Source: Rhodosorus marinus CCMP1338
Lineage: Eukaryota; Plantae; Rhodophyta
Reading direction: 5' to 3'
Length of the DNA stretch: 64,000 bases
Assembly (NCBI GenBank): GCA_029953675.1
Contig: JAMWBK010000005.1
Span: 1-64,000 of the forward strand
Part shown: piece by piece, positions 10,611 through 23,202 of the stretch
Numbering within the stretch: position 1 is the stretch's first letter
How the letters are laid out: each line of letters opens with the position of its first letter
Program-made: the position numbers and the translations under genes
The notes under the pieces: generated by a model
Seen by the model: the letters and a program-made list of their open reading frames with translations, nothing else
Database searches by the model: none
What the model was told of the DNA's origin: nothing

Positions 10611-12996
10611 TGAATGAATGAATGGTTTAATCGGAGGCTGAAAAAAAAAAAAAACCCCGAGGGGAAAAAAAGACTAAGCGCGGCGAAGTACTCGCGCCTC
10701 CAACATCAAAGCGGTTCATGCGCCACAGCAGGAAACTTAAGCGGGTAAACAACGATTGAAGACGGTCAGGGCGTTCGCGGAACAACTCCCGAAGCCAGCG
10801 AGAACCAACAGAGTCCATGAACCCAAAGCACTCAATGATCAGGGGTACCAAGCGATGTGCTAGTGCCGAAGCACGAACACCAGGGGAAGACAAAGCCCCC
10901 GCGTATTTGATCTCTTTGCGGCGTCTCATGCTGGCGGCGGCAGATCCACGGCGCTCCCCCGCAGCCGGGAGATAACGACTAGCTTGAGGGTTGGGAACAG
11001 CAAGATCAACGTATGTGGTACGGCGGCTGTCGTCACAGGTTATCACCAGGTCGGCTACACGGCGTTCATCATTTTGAAAGTCCGCGACGGGTAAAGGTTT
11101 CTCACGTTCGATTTCCAGACCGGCTTGCTGGACTATAGGCCGAAGTTCCCGGTATAACAGGTTCAAGATCCGTGTGTGGCGGCGGGTCCGAGCACCTTTC
11201 ACCGCCGGGCAACTAGCGAGCAGGTGGGCGCCAAAATCTGCGTTGTCTTCAGTCTGAGAGCAGAGAGGGCACGACGAACCCATCTCGTACGGCCAAGGGG
11301 GCTGCTGTAAGCCGAGGTATAAGCGCAGTGAAGTACGCACTTCGAAATCCGACAGTGTGAGTGGCGGAAAGGCTGGTACGGTCATGAGCCACTGAGAGCT
11401 AAGAACCCCTCCAAGACTACGTAGGCGGGCGCGAGCGCGAGAAGATGAGACCATCTGCGCGAGGAGTCGGCCATATGCAGCACGGTGCAAGTCCCAAGAA
11501 AGGATATTTTGCAGCGCATCCGTGCGTGCTTGAGCTCGGCTCCCAGCGCGCTGGGAATCATCAGGAGGATCAACTGGAACTTCTTCTTCTGCGGCAACCA
11601 CTGGGTCAATCTCCCCTAGAACAGGTTCAGGCGCAGGACGAATCCCCGGGGCGGAGCCTCGAGAGCGGTCAAATACAGCTCGCCAGTCAGGAAGACGGGG
11701 TTGAACGGTTTCGGGGAGACTAGTACAGGAGTTCAGGGCGGTTTGGAGCTCCAGAAACAAGTCTTGGGCGCTTTCCGGTACGCTGGGAAGCAAGACACCC
11801 CGCGAGAGGCTCGCCATCAAATTGCGGAACTTCGAGATACCCAAGCTGCTCAAAGTGGGAAGTGCGGTTCCCCAGGCCCCTACTGCGGCTGCAGGTTGGA
11901 CCACAACACGATTGCAGAGGCCCAGTCCCCCCAATCGCAATGGGAGGCCTACCTGGGCGCGCACAACATCACAGGTGGGTCGCGGTAGAGCGCTCAGCTC
12001 TTCATCGAGAAAATACCCCAGGTCACGGAAACTTTCAGCATCCGCACGAGTGGCCAACCACCGGCCCCAATGAGTTGGAAGTGAGCGAAGCCAATAGGTT
12101 AACCGCTGACTGCAACAATACCGAAACAGCAACAACGAGCACTGGAGAAAGCCCGGAGGTAGCCGTCGAAGCTCTGCAACCAGCTGTCTGTGCTTACCGA
12201 GGAGCTGCAGCAACTCGCCTTCAACGAAGGACGGCGACCCGTAGGGGATGCCTAAGTGGACAAAACCATCCGGTCTCCAAATATCCTGGAACGACGCAGG
12301 TACCTGCTGCTCTTGTGCAGCTACACCTCCCCAGTAGAACGATTTGTGATGATTAACCTCCAGGTCAACCCGCGAAGCCAAGGAGCGGAGACGATCATAA
12401 GCGAGCGCTAGAGTATCAGGGGGCCCCAGGAGGCACACGTCGTCGTGGTATGCAACCGTACGAACCTGCGGGAATTCGGAGCGAAGACAAAGCAAGACGA
12501 GTTGTAGTCCACAGGCATGTAGGAAAGGGGACAAGGGATCACCCTGTTGTACCCCTGTGCGCGCCGCAAACGTGTGTGAGGAAGCGCCAAGGGTGTCATA
12601 GGTAGCCCCACGACCAAGCGGAGAATAAAGTCTACTAACAAAGGGAAAGCCTACAGGGAAGACTTCGCGCACCACGTGCATGAGAGCCGGACGAGAGACG
12701 CGGTTGAACGCATTGGTAAAATCTACAGAGAGGAGCCCAGAATCTGGGGAGTACGCCATTTCCGAACGGAGTAAAACAGACAACAACTCACAGCCACCAC
12801 GATAGCCCACGCCTAACTGCACGTGCCCAAAGAAACGGCGGGATTCGGGAACCAGGATTTTCACTAACCATCGCGCCGCCAATTTGCGGACCACCTCAAC
12901 CAGGCCAATAGGGCGAATAGCAGGGCTCGAGGCCGTGTGGCTGGGCTTCGAAAGCAGACACAACTGCGAACGCCCGACCAAGAACCACGCACACAA
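10611..12996 (-). mobile_element. 5'-truncated family C non-LTR element (RT + RLE, 789-aa frame) with (ATTC)n tail
   Basis: RPIG, DFTNAFN, GVQQGDPLSP, AYHDD, CPLC..HLLASC, RH, ADLVITCD..YVD, ECFG. A 2-bp deletion near 10715 shifts the C-terminus (other copies end NAALMLEARVLRRA). Confidence 0.92.
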
Positions 12997-13224
12997 TTAA
13001 TGATTAGATACTTTAGGAATCTACAACCAATCGTTTATCAAGAATTGGTTTTCGTCTAATTGTTATTTTTGGAGCGATTGAGTGTCGCGATCGTTTGCAC
13101 TGCTGGGCTCTCCACAATGGGGGTTCTCAGCAGCGGATACGCCACACCGAACACCTGACGAGGCCCGCTTAAGTACGAACATGAACGGACGGATGAAAAA
13201 GGTTGTGGACCGAATGTCTCTACA

Positions 13225-13700
13225 GTGAACACGGGATGCTTCGAGGATGGGGGCTTGTTAATGTGTCGGACCGAGGGTATGGCCAGTCTGCCCCGCGCTG
13301 AGGGTCGCTCCCACCGGTTCCAGCCTTTCGTTGTGTGCCTTTCACCAAGCTTTGGTCACGTGGAGAAGTCGGGTTTGGAGTGGTTGCGGAAATGTTTTAC
13401 TGAGCATCCGGTTGAATACATGGAACTTTTGCGGCGTTTAAGTGTCTCTGTGGCGATATTCGAGCAGCATCGTTGCCGAGGCGCGGCATCGGCGCCTGGG
13501 TTTGCACGCTTCCCTACCTAGTTCTTAGTTCCTTTTCACGTTCTGTGTAGCGCTTTAGCCTATGCTAATAAAACCTACTTCGAGCAGCATGCTTGCCGAG
13601 GCGCGCCATCGGCGCCTGGGTTTGCACGCTTCCCTACCTAGTTCTTAGTTCCTTTTCGCGTTTTGCGTAGCGCTTTAGACTATGCTAATAAAACCATTAA
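13225..13700 (+). mobile_element. Decayed family B-variant (B') RLE C-terminus with tandemly duplicated 3' end
   Basis: AEGRSHRFQPF..SFGHVEKSGLEWLRKCF matches family B; the 3' end occurs twice (~13480-13575 and ~13585-13695). Confidence 0.8.
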
Positions 13701-13999
13701 CACCAACCAACGTGTAGGAAAGAGAGGAAACCGCCACGACCAGTAAGCCGCAAAGAATATGCGAAAATTTCGAGCTCAATTCCGAGCGTAGAAACGCGTG
13801 CTTACACCGGCAGAAAGGGTGCCAGTGTTCGGGTCCGAGAGTGTTCCTCGTTGCAGGCGCATCCTCTCGCTGTCATTCCCCCGCTTTTCCGAGTTTAGTG
13901 CTTGGTTGTCGGGGATTCTTCCCCCTTGGGTGTGTTCGGTCCGGGTTTTCGGTCTGAGGCGCAAGTTCTGTGCGGGTTTTTTTGGTCGATTTCCTTCGA

Positions 14000-15270
14000 G
14001 AAAGTCCTGATTAACATATTCTTCCGTGATGGCCGGGGTCCCTCCGCGCTCCACTCCTGGGGGTCCGGAGATCCCGAGGGCGGAGGTGCCTACTGAGGGT
14101 GGACACAGAGTGTCTCTTCGCGCGGGCCCTTTCTCCACGCAGGTGGAGTTACAGGGCACCTCTGGTACGCAAGTGCGTGCCCTGCTCTCTGCTGTAACAA
14201 GCATGATCACGGCTGCGGGCGATCGAGGTGTCATTACTCAGCTTACCCAGAAGTTAGGGGACCTGGAATCGGGTCTCCTGGCGAGGGAAAATGCAAATTC
14301 GGGTGAGAATCGGGTGAGAATTTGAATTCCAGCTGGGTGGCCAGGTTGGCGGAAGACAGTCAACTTCACCAGGTCAATCAACAACCTGTCGCGGGACAAG
14401 CGAAGGGAGCTTCGGGATCTGGAGGTGACAAAGGTGGTTCCGCGCCTGGCGCCTCTTCGGAGAGGGGTGCAGAGCTGCCTAATGCTTTGAATGTTCCCTC
14501 AGCGGGAGCGGAATTTTTGGTCCTGGGCCAGCCCTCAGGTGGGCGACAGCTCCAGGCCAAGGGGGGGGCACGCGGTGGTCCCAAGGGGGGCCCGTCTTAC
14601 GTCTCAGTTTTGCGGAAGGGTACCACAGGCGCACGAACGGCGGCTATGCTAAGATCTTTGCCCTCTAGCGAGCAGCAGGGCGGACCTGCGGGGTCGCGAT
14701 GTCCTCTTTGTGGTCACTGCAACCGCGGCCACATACCCGCAGGCCCTGCTGGAGAAGCCTACCTAGCAGTGGCCTGAGAGCGCCCGCTGGTTGCGTTCTC
14801 AACCCCAGGTCGTATTGCATTTCGAGTTCGACCGTTTTCCCGGCACTTTCCTCTCTCCCGGAGAAACAGCAGGGCTATCTGAGAACGACACCAGTGTGAA
14901 AGCTGCAGCCATCCATTGGCTTCGCATTCACTGCATGGAGCGAATACTTTTGGAGCGTTTTGCGTCGGGTCCACGCCATCTGCGCGCAGCCGCCTCTACC
15001 TTTTTTGACCGGGAGAGGCACCTCAAGGTGCCTTGAGCTGACCTCAAGTCACCAGGCAGAGCTACGGCGTTTGGGAGTATTAGAAGGCTTCTCTGCAAGC
15101 ACCACGTCCAGTGCGAGTGGCGAGGAAGGGGAGCCGGAGGTCATGTTGGTCGAGAACGCCCCTATTACTTTGTTGAATCCCGGGGGAGCCATCCCGTGAG
15201 CCTCGCGGAGTGGGCGGTTGACCAGTTTGGTGAGGTTAGGAGGCAAGCGCGCGAGGAGCGACTACAACGT
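14000..15270 (+). pseudogene. Decayed ORF1 type D (non-LTR gag-like), internally deleted, followed by a B' 3' UTR
   Basis: Frames 14026, 14322, 14791 and 14960 match 38146-39260 and 62250-63670 (SYVSVLRKG; KAAAIHWLRI; GPRHLR). In-frame stops at ~14772 and ~15197. Confidence 0.75.
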
Positions 15271-15344
15271 TCATTCATGTTACAACCTCAGCAACCCTTG
15301 TTTCCCAACGTCTTTTTCTCGTCTTTCTTGTTTGTCTGTTAGAA

Positions 15345-15608
15345 CGGCGACAGGCTACAACGTTCATTCATTTTACGACCTCAGCAACACTTGTTTCCCA
15401 ACGTCTTTCTCTCTCTTTTTTTTTTTTGTCCGTTGGAGGGGCGAGATGTTGTATTTAGGCGTCCGTAGTCTTTCTTTGGCTTTATTTGTTTGAACGCTTC
15501 CCTACCTAGTGCTTAGTTCCTTTTCACGCCTTGCGTAGCGGTTTAGGCTATGCCAATAAAGCCAGCCAATAAAAACCAGAGCATTAGGCTGTGTTAGTAA
15601 AACCAGTA
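15345..15608 (+). repeat. ~265-bp direct repeat, left copy (right copy 18272-18537); contains a B' 3' UTR
   Basis: Near-identical apart from poly-T length; brackets the A4 insertion. Confidence 0.9.
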
Positions 15609-18271
15609 ACTGTAAACTTTACTCGGCAACTGTCTAATGCAGCGCAACACTAATTCTATCAAGATCTAGGGAAAATGTGTGTGTTTAACCCCGACTCCCG
15701 GGGTCTCTAGCTACGATAAAAAAGAAAAATAAGGGATCAGTGGCTGGTCCGACTGATCCACGCGCAAAGCCCCTAACGCGAGCTCTGCGTTCCCTGCCCA
15801 GAGTGTTCTGTTTAGTTGAGCCCGCACGTTGCTCAACTCGTACTGCTTAGTTAGCATGTGCCCACAGCCCTCACGGAGAAAGTCTTGGGTCATCTGCCCT
15901 GTTCTGCCGAAGGTTTCTATCGCAATCGGAATCAGTTTGTCATCTGGATGTTCTGTCGCCATCGCCTCCTTGTAGTGTGCAAGTTTCCAACGCTCCGCCT
16001 GTTTTGCTGCATAACCATTTTTGTCTTTGCTGTTGGCTAGGTGTCTCGCCTGTAGGGGTGACACCACCGTCACATCGATCGCAAATCGTTGCCAGGTTCG
16101 AGGGTGTATAGCTACCAAGTCAGGTCGTAGATTCGAGTTCGTGAAGTAGTCTGTAGGTTCTTGCTGAACATCTCTGAACTGCCATCTGTTAAGCCAACGC
16201 GCCAGCTCAGTGCAGAGCTCATCATGTCGCCGTTGCCAGAGCCCAGTCGAGGTCTGACAATGATGGAATCTTTGTACACCGTTCGTACGGTGTGTACTAT
16301 TACACGTAGTACACCTCTCCGTCGTCCGCAGTCCCGGAATCGGGAGACCCAGCAATTGTCGGATATTCAGGTGCATGCCTCTCCCACTCAATTTTCGGGG
16401 TCCGAATTGTGGCAAATCTCTTAGCCAGACGCCTGAACCTGCTCCTGCAGCGGAACGGATTCGGGCACGATGTTCCGGGTCGAGTAAGGGATCCGTGACC
16501 AGTCGGGTGAAAGCAGTAAGGTGTGCCTCTCTTGAGAGGGTCTGTTGTAGGGAACCTTGCTTCACCGCAGACTGGTCAGGGGGGGAATTTGCTGCAGGGG
16601 CAGCAGTCAGGTACGTGGGGTTGAGGAGCTGCCTTATTCGGGGGCTGGTTTCCGGTCTCAGTCTCCCCCTAATGGCTGTAGTTGCCACTAGGATTTGGGA
16701 GGGGAGGTCGTCAGTAGAGCGGTGTAGTGTCCTCGGGGGGTTGAGCAGCTGTGGTGTAGCTTCCTGGGTGCGTTCTAACAATTTTTGTAGGTGGGGCCAA
16801 TAGCCCTTGTTAGCTGCAAAGGTTTGAATCCAACCTGTGTAGAAAGAAATAGGTTGGATGCGCCTTCTAGTGCAGAATCCCAGTCCCCCCCATCGGCAGG
16901 GGAGTGCTACCTGCTTCCAAGCCGGGTGCGTTCCGTCAGGGTCGTCCGCATGGGCTGTTTGTAGACAGCCTAGTAGCCTTTCCAACTGTAGTCGTGTGTT
17001 GTAGTCCGCTTCTCGTGCTAAACTTCTGCCGTAGTGGTAAGCCACTGTCCTTAGGGTGTAGTCAAGTCTCGTTTCCGAGCAGTATCGGAACAGCGCCAGT
17101 TGTGTGTTGAGCTCTTGAGGCAGATGGGCTATCTCTTTGCCCAGTGTTTCATGCTTGTTTTCTAGTGTTCTCAAAGCTTCTTCCACATATTTTCTCGTCC
17201 CAATGGGAATGGAGTGTATGGTTACTCCTTCGCGAGAAACATTGAGGTCCAGCATGTATCTGGTAACCAGTCGAGGGGATGCTATGTGGTAGCCGAATAG
17301 GGTGCACTTTTGAGGCTGTAGTTCCGCCCCAATGGTAGGGAGGGCATTTTGACTCCACAGTAGGGCATCTTTCAGGGACTCCAGGGGGCCCACGAGCGTG
17401 ATATCGTCATGGATGGCGACAGTAGTCAGCTCAGGGTATTTCTGCCGCAGTGCTTCGAGAAAAGGCGCCAGTGAGAGGGCGTGTAAGGCAGGTCCCAAAG
17501 GATCTCCTTGTTGTACTCCCGTCTGCGCTTGTCGGTGTAGTCGATCTGGATCCAGTGTTCCGTCTGTAGCTTTGGGGCGCCAGCCAAGGAGCGTAGGTGA
17601 GTCCTCGCAGTTGCTTCCATATCCCAGGCGGTAGATGGCTGCCAGCTCTGGGTAATGGCGGTCGACTAGTTGTTTGGCAATACTCCGATCAATTCGGTTG
17701 AACGCATTCGCCAGGTCGAGTCGTAGAACTGCCGATTGTGGTTCACAGTAGAGATGGGCCTGTATTGCGTGCACCGTTCGCAACCTCCACTGACGGCAAG
17801 GCCTAGTTGCAGGGGGACGAGGAGCTCCCGAAGTCGTGTGGTCAGGTGACCTAGTACCCACTGTGTCGCTAGCTTTCGTAGGACCTCAGGAACGCCAATA
17901 GGTCTGACAGCAGGCTGCGCAGGTGGGGGCCCAGTAGTAGGGGACTTGACAAACGGCAGCAGCCTGCTGCTGCGGAGAGCCCTGGTCAGGACTGCCGGGA
18001 GCCGCTCCGGAGCCGTGGCCAACTGTCTCAGGAACCGTACCAGGTGCGGGTGTGCCTCACGCGTTAGCATCTGTAAGTGCTCTGCGCGGAGCCCGCTGGG
18101 CCCGGGACATTTGTCTTTCGGCAGCAGGGTCAGTTTGGCGAGTAGACTCTCATCCGAGGCTTGTCCGGCCAGCCACCTGACCCGTAGTTGGGCGTTGTCC
18201 TGTGCAAGTAGTGTCTGCAGGGTTTGCTGTAGATCCTCAGAGAGAGGGGTGTCTGTCGGGGTTACGGGGTT
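15609..18271 (-). mobile_element. 5'-truncated family A4 element (ORF2 RT-RLE, frameshift ~17780) with 3' UTR
   Basis: Track ORFs 17666-18298 and 15711-17861; GVQQGDPLGP, AIHDD, CTTC..HHC, RPD; C-terminus IPYFSFLS. Confidence 0.9.
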
Positions 18272-18537
18272 CGGCGACAGGCTACAACGTTCATTCATTT
18301 TACGACCTCAGCAACACTTGTTTCCCAACGTCTTTCTCTCTCTTTTTTTTTTTTTTGTCCGTTGGAGGGGCGAGATGTTGTATTTAGGCGTCCGTAGTCT
18401 TTCTTTGGCTTTATTTGTTTGAACGCTTCCCTACCTAGTGCTTAGTTCCTTTTCACGCCTTGCGTAGCGGTTTAGGCTATGCCAATAAAGCCAGCCAATA
18501 AAAACCAGAGCATTAGGCTGTGTTAGTAAAACCAGTA
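18272..18537 (+). repeat. ~265-bp direct repeat, right copy
   Basis: Matches 15345-15608. Confidence 0.9.
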
Positions 18538-18880
18538 CCGCATATGTTGAGCGTCTGGGGGTTGCGTCCGATACCAGGAGATCTGCTATGCAACGAGTAG
18601 GGGTGTTTGCGGAAGGTTTTCGAGGCAGTGCCGAGTCGATCTCGAACACGAGCCAACTCTTGTCAAGTGTTCGCTCAGGATGTATTTCAGGCACGTATGT
18701 AGAACCAAGGTTTTTTGTATGCGAAGGTTAGCTTTGACAATTTTCCTTGAGTTCACTAATGAGCTAAGAACACCTATGCAAGTCATGGATTCCCCACCGA
18801 TCAGGATGGTATGCTCTGAGAGATGGAAGGAAGATAAACGGATACATAAATGGTTCGGCTCAAACTCGCTGACAGGCCGT
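18538..18880 (-). pseudogene. Diverged family B-like RLE fragment
   Basis: LKYILSE.LTR and RCIADLLVSD..RRSTY remnants across two frames. Confidence 0.7.
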
Positions 18881-19649
18881 TGAACTTTCAAGTTATAAAC
18901 AAAATTTGAATGAACCAGAAAATCTTTTTTTGAAAAAGAACATCTTAAAGTGCATTCGTGGGTTTTTTCGTTTCGTCTTATGGAGTAAACTGAATGCCGT
19001 ATCGACGAAAAGAACTATGTATTTAGAAGCACTAGGTGGGATTACGTTATTCTAATCCCTCCGATTAAACCATTCGTTCATTCTGGGGTAATCCCGCTGG
19101 TAATCCGTAGAAGGCAGGCCTGTCGGAACGGCTTTTCCGAGTCCATCGTTAGACATGTCGAACCTGACGAAGCTTGGTTTACCATATATACTGGACTTTA
19201 CTAGCATACACTCGCACAGACTCACCGTCATTGGTCACCACGGCAGGTAATCTAACGGCAGGTAATCGGTAGAAGGCAGGTCTGTCGGAACGGCTTTTCC
19301 GAGTCTGGGGTTATGCATGACGAATTTGACGAAGCTTGGTTGTGTACCATATACACTCGCGCAGACTCACATTGGTAATCACGGCAGTCGCGAATAAACC
19401 CAAATTGGGTCTTTCACAGCAATTTGGGGTTATTTCCGCTGGGATACTTGGGGGACAGATGTACATGGAGGCCTCAACAACTTTCCCCGCGTCTCCGACC
19501 TCGGCAATTCGCTTTCTCCTCGTGAACCTGTCTTTGCCACTAGGAACGTCTTTCGTCCCGAAAATTCCTGCCCTGAGCCTCAGGAGACCGAAAATCGTTC
19601 CGTTCGTTTGAAATGTCGCCTGAAAACAGTTCTTCCAATACCTCTCCAG

Positions 19650-22290
19650 GTAAACACGTTCCCCGTCCTCCAGTAACTTTATCAACGGCTCCTGCTATGT
19701 ACGTTCGAAAATTCTCGCGAAGAACGCGGATCGAACCTGCGTCGATATACTGTCGTCCATGACGTGTGACAACCACTTGGCCATCTCTTCTTTGGGTAAG
19801 TGTTTTTCCCCATACTCCAGCAACTTTATCAACGTCTCTCCTTTCTCCTGGTTTTCCGCAAATAACTGAAGGACGCTCTCGCCGTAGCAGTTGATGTGTG
19901 ACAACCACTTGGCCATCTCTTTTTCGAGTAAATACTCTTTCCCATACTCCAGCAACTTTATCAACGTCTCTCCCTCCCTCTGGTGTGCCGCACAAAAATG
20001 AAGGACGCTCGAACCTCCGCTGTCGACGTGTGACAACCAGTAGGCCATCTCTTCTTTGGGTAAATACTTTTCCCCATACTCCAGCAACTGTATCAATGCC
20101 TCTCCCTTCTCCTGGTGTTGCGCACATAGATCAAGGACGTTCCAACCGGTGTTGTTGACGTCTGACAACCACTTGGCCATCTCTTCTTTCGGTAAATACT
20201 TTCCCCCATACTCCAGCAACCTTATCAACGTCTCTTCTTTCTCCTGGTATTTCGCACAAAAATGAAGGACGCTCGAACCTCCGCTGTCGACGTGTGACAG
20301 CCACTTGGCCATCTCGTCTTTGGGTAAATGCTTTCCCCCATACTCCAGCAACTTTATCAGCGTCTCGCCCTTCCACGGGATTTCCGCACATCTATCAAGG
20401 ACGCCACGAGCGAAGTTGTCGACGTGCAACAAACACTTGGCCATCTCTTCTTTGGGAAAATACTTTTCCCCATACTCCATCACCCTTATCAACGTCTCTC
20501 CCCTCTCCTCGTTTCCCGCACAGATATGAAGGACGCTCTCATGGCCGTTGACTTCCGACAACCACGTGGCCATCTCTTCTTTGGGTAAATACTCTCCCCA
20601 ATACTCCAGCAACTTTATCAACGTCTCTCCCTTCTCCTGGTATCGCGCACATACAGGAAGGACGCTCTTACCGTAGTTGTCGACGTGCGACAACCACATG
20701 GCCATCTCATCTCGGGGTAAATACTTTTCCCCCTTCTCCTGGTATCGCGCACATACAGGAAGGACGCTCTTACCGTAGTTGTCGACGTGCGACAACCACA
20801 TGGCCATCTCATCTCGGGGTAAATACTTTTCCCCATACTCCAACAACTTTATCAGGTGAACCCTCTCCTGGAATTGCGCACACAAATGAAGGACGGTCCA
20901 ACCGTCGTCCACGACGCGGGACAACCATTTGGCCATCTCTTCTTCGAGTAAATGCCTTTCCCCATACTCCAGCAACTCTATCAACGTCTCTCGTTTCTCT
21001 CGTTTGTACGAGTACGTACTCGCACATGTATGAAGGACGCTAAAACCGTCATTGTCGACGTGCGACAACCACTTGGCCATCTCGTCTCTGGGTAAATGCC
21101 TTTCCCCATACTCCAGCAACTCTATCAACGTCTCTCCTTTGTCCGGGTGTCCCACCAATGTATGAAGGATGCTACGACCGGTTTTGTTGACTTGCGACAA
21201 CCACTTGGCCACCTCGTCTTTGGGTAAATACTTTCCCCCGTACTCCAGCAACTCTATCAGCGCCTCTCCCCTCCTCCTCGCACATGCATGAAGGGCGCTC
21301 TCACCGTAGTTGTCGACGTCCAACAAGCGCTTGAGCATCTCTTCTTTTGTTAAATATTTTCCCCCGTACTCCAGAAACTCTTTCAACGTCTCTCCCTTCT
21401 TCTGGTATCGCGCACAGGAATGAAGGACGCTCCTACCCTCGTTGCTGACGTGTGACAACCACTTGGCCATCTCGTCTTTGAGCAAATACGTTTCCCCCGA
21501 CTCCAGCAAATATGTAAACGTTTCACCCTCCTTCCCCATCTCAGCGCACTTGTGCAGGTACTCCCCTGCCAACTCTAGGTCCCAGTTCGCACCTGCTATA
21601 GCACGCCCTAACGCCCCAAATCCAGATTCGTCTAAATCCCTGGGACCCTTTCCGGATTCCGGCAACAATCTACGAGAACTGCCTGCCTTCGCAGGCTGTT
21701 CTGATCCGATCGTGCTGACCACAGCTCCCTCCTTAGGAGTCTGACAGTTATCTTTTCCATTTCTAGATTCATTTTTGCATGATTCGTCACTCGCTTCATC
21801 GCTCATCACGGTCGACACTCTATCTTCAACTTCCGCTGGCGACTCGGGTGCTTTTCTTGGGTCCAAACTCTTTTCCCGCCCTGGATCAAGTCCTGACAGA
21901 GTCTCACTCAGTCGGACTACAATTGTTCCAAACTCTGGCCGTTCCTCTGCTGCTTTAGAAAAACATTCACACGTCAGTGTCGTCACCTCCTCGGGGCAAC
22001 CACGCTCTATCATGGCCAACGGCGGAAATTCGTAGGTGCCTTATTGCAACTGACGAAATATTGAACTCAACTGCAGCTACTTGTATGAAACCTCCCCAGA
22101 GAACAGCTCCCACACAAGAACCCGAAAGCTGAAAACGTCCGTCTTCCTGTTGAAAGACGGTTGGTCCTCGCTCACGCATTCCGGAGCCATGTATTGATAA
22201 GTCCCGCCGTTGGCCCCAGCATGCGTAACCGCCGGGCGCTGATTGACTGTCGTCTCCTGCACGATTTGTGCCTAATCGGGGTAAGTCCGC
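19650..22290 (-). pseudogene. Decayed TKL-type protein kinase C-lobe fused to ~14 tandem 44-aa ankyrin-like repeats
   Basis: GTYQYMAPE, DVFSF..LVWEL, GCPEEV..C..ERPEF (kinase subdomains VIII-XI). In-frame TAG (22077) and TAA (22041), damaged DFG. 132-bp repeat period; unit GETLIKLLEYGEKYLPKEEMAKWLSHVDxxGxSVLHxCAxxQEK. Confidence 0.8.
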
Positions 22291-23030
22291 AGGCGCAGGG
22301 GGAAGGAGGAGGCGCGGGAGAAGTCTAGGATTGGGTTCCACCTAATGCCAGGAACAGTCAATCGCTAACTGTTCATTTACCTTTGTAATTGGAGGGAACC
22401 GAGTAAATCAATCAATACTGATACTATGGCCATATTTTGGCTTATTGGAAGAGGCGGAATCTCCGCCTTCACAATCAATCATTATTATCGACCATGACAC
22501 TATGAATCAAAGTCCCTTCGAGCGCTTTTTTCCGTTTAAGTAAGACGTTCAGCAACTGGAGAGTTCCTTGTGACTACGTTCAGCAACTGGAGAGTTCCCC
22601 GTGATACTACGAGGATCCGCGAACGACGATTTCGACGGAATCTTGACCAGCTCAAAAAAGCGCCCTCGGTGATCTTGGGACGGCGCTCTTCGGGGCTTTT
22701 TCTTTAAGCGAGTTGAAAATGATTGGGCTATCTGTAGACTTAATCTCATGCTGATCCATAAAATTCGTCCGTTTGCAAGGACGAGTTCTGCCGTCGACTC
22801 CAGGATGTAGCGCGACATTTTTTTTTGATCGGCGTGAGAGTACGTCTGCAGATAGCCCAATCATTCAACTCGCTTAAAAGAATGAATGAAGGGTTTGATG
22901 AATTAGGGAAACCTCCCCGAAAGCCATTTGTATTTTTAATAAGCCGGTTTTGACCAGCTTAATCGGCGTAGCACTTTACGCTTTGTTGTTATCTTTGAAG
23001 TGACCTGAAACGCTACGCAAGTCTATTCCG

Positions 23031-23202
23031 GTATGCTAGTAGGGTCGTTCCTGTAGTATAGGGGTCAGTACACCCGCCTGTCACGCGGGAGACCCGGGTT
23101 CAATTCCCGGCGGGATCGCAACACTCATTTGCCCTAGTTATTAGTTCATCTTCACGCCTTGCGTAGCGCTTCAGGCTATGCTAGTAAAGTCCAGTAAAGT
23201 CC
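23031..23202 (+). mobile_element. Candidate tRNA-Asp-derived SINE carrying the family B 3' end
   Basis: tRNA + 14-nt linker + B 3' UTR hairpin + (AGTAAAGTCC)2, flanked by AGTCTATTCCG at 23020-23030 and 23203-23213. Confidence 0.75.
23047..23118 (+). tRNA. trnD-GUC: tRNA-Asp(GTC) or tRNA-Asp-derived SINE head
   Basis: Cloverleaf: acceptor GTTCCTG/CGGGATC (one T-T mismatch), discriminator G, anticodon stem CCCGC/GCGGG, loop CTGTCAC, T-arm CCGGG-TTCAATT-CCCGG. Confidence 0.88.

Noticed and set aside
13157-13210. Hammerhead ribozyme (CTGACGAG)
   Set aside because: No stem II closing onto GAAA and no pairing arms; none found at element 5' ends by eye either. A covariance-model search would be needed to exclude HDV-like or twister ribozymes.
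19095-19390. ~160-bp tandem duplication with a B tail remnant, and a 29-bp duplication at ~22553-22610
   Set aside because: Two-copy local duplications with no coding or structural signal.
22041-22079. Reassigned TAA/TAG codons (ciliate-type code) suggested by two in-frame stops in the kinase
   Set aside because: TAA/TAG terminate homologous ORFs at consistent positions elsewhere, and the kinase also has a damaged DFG and no N-lobe, so it is a pseudogene.
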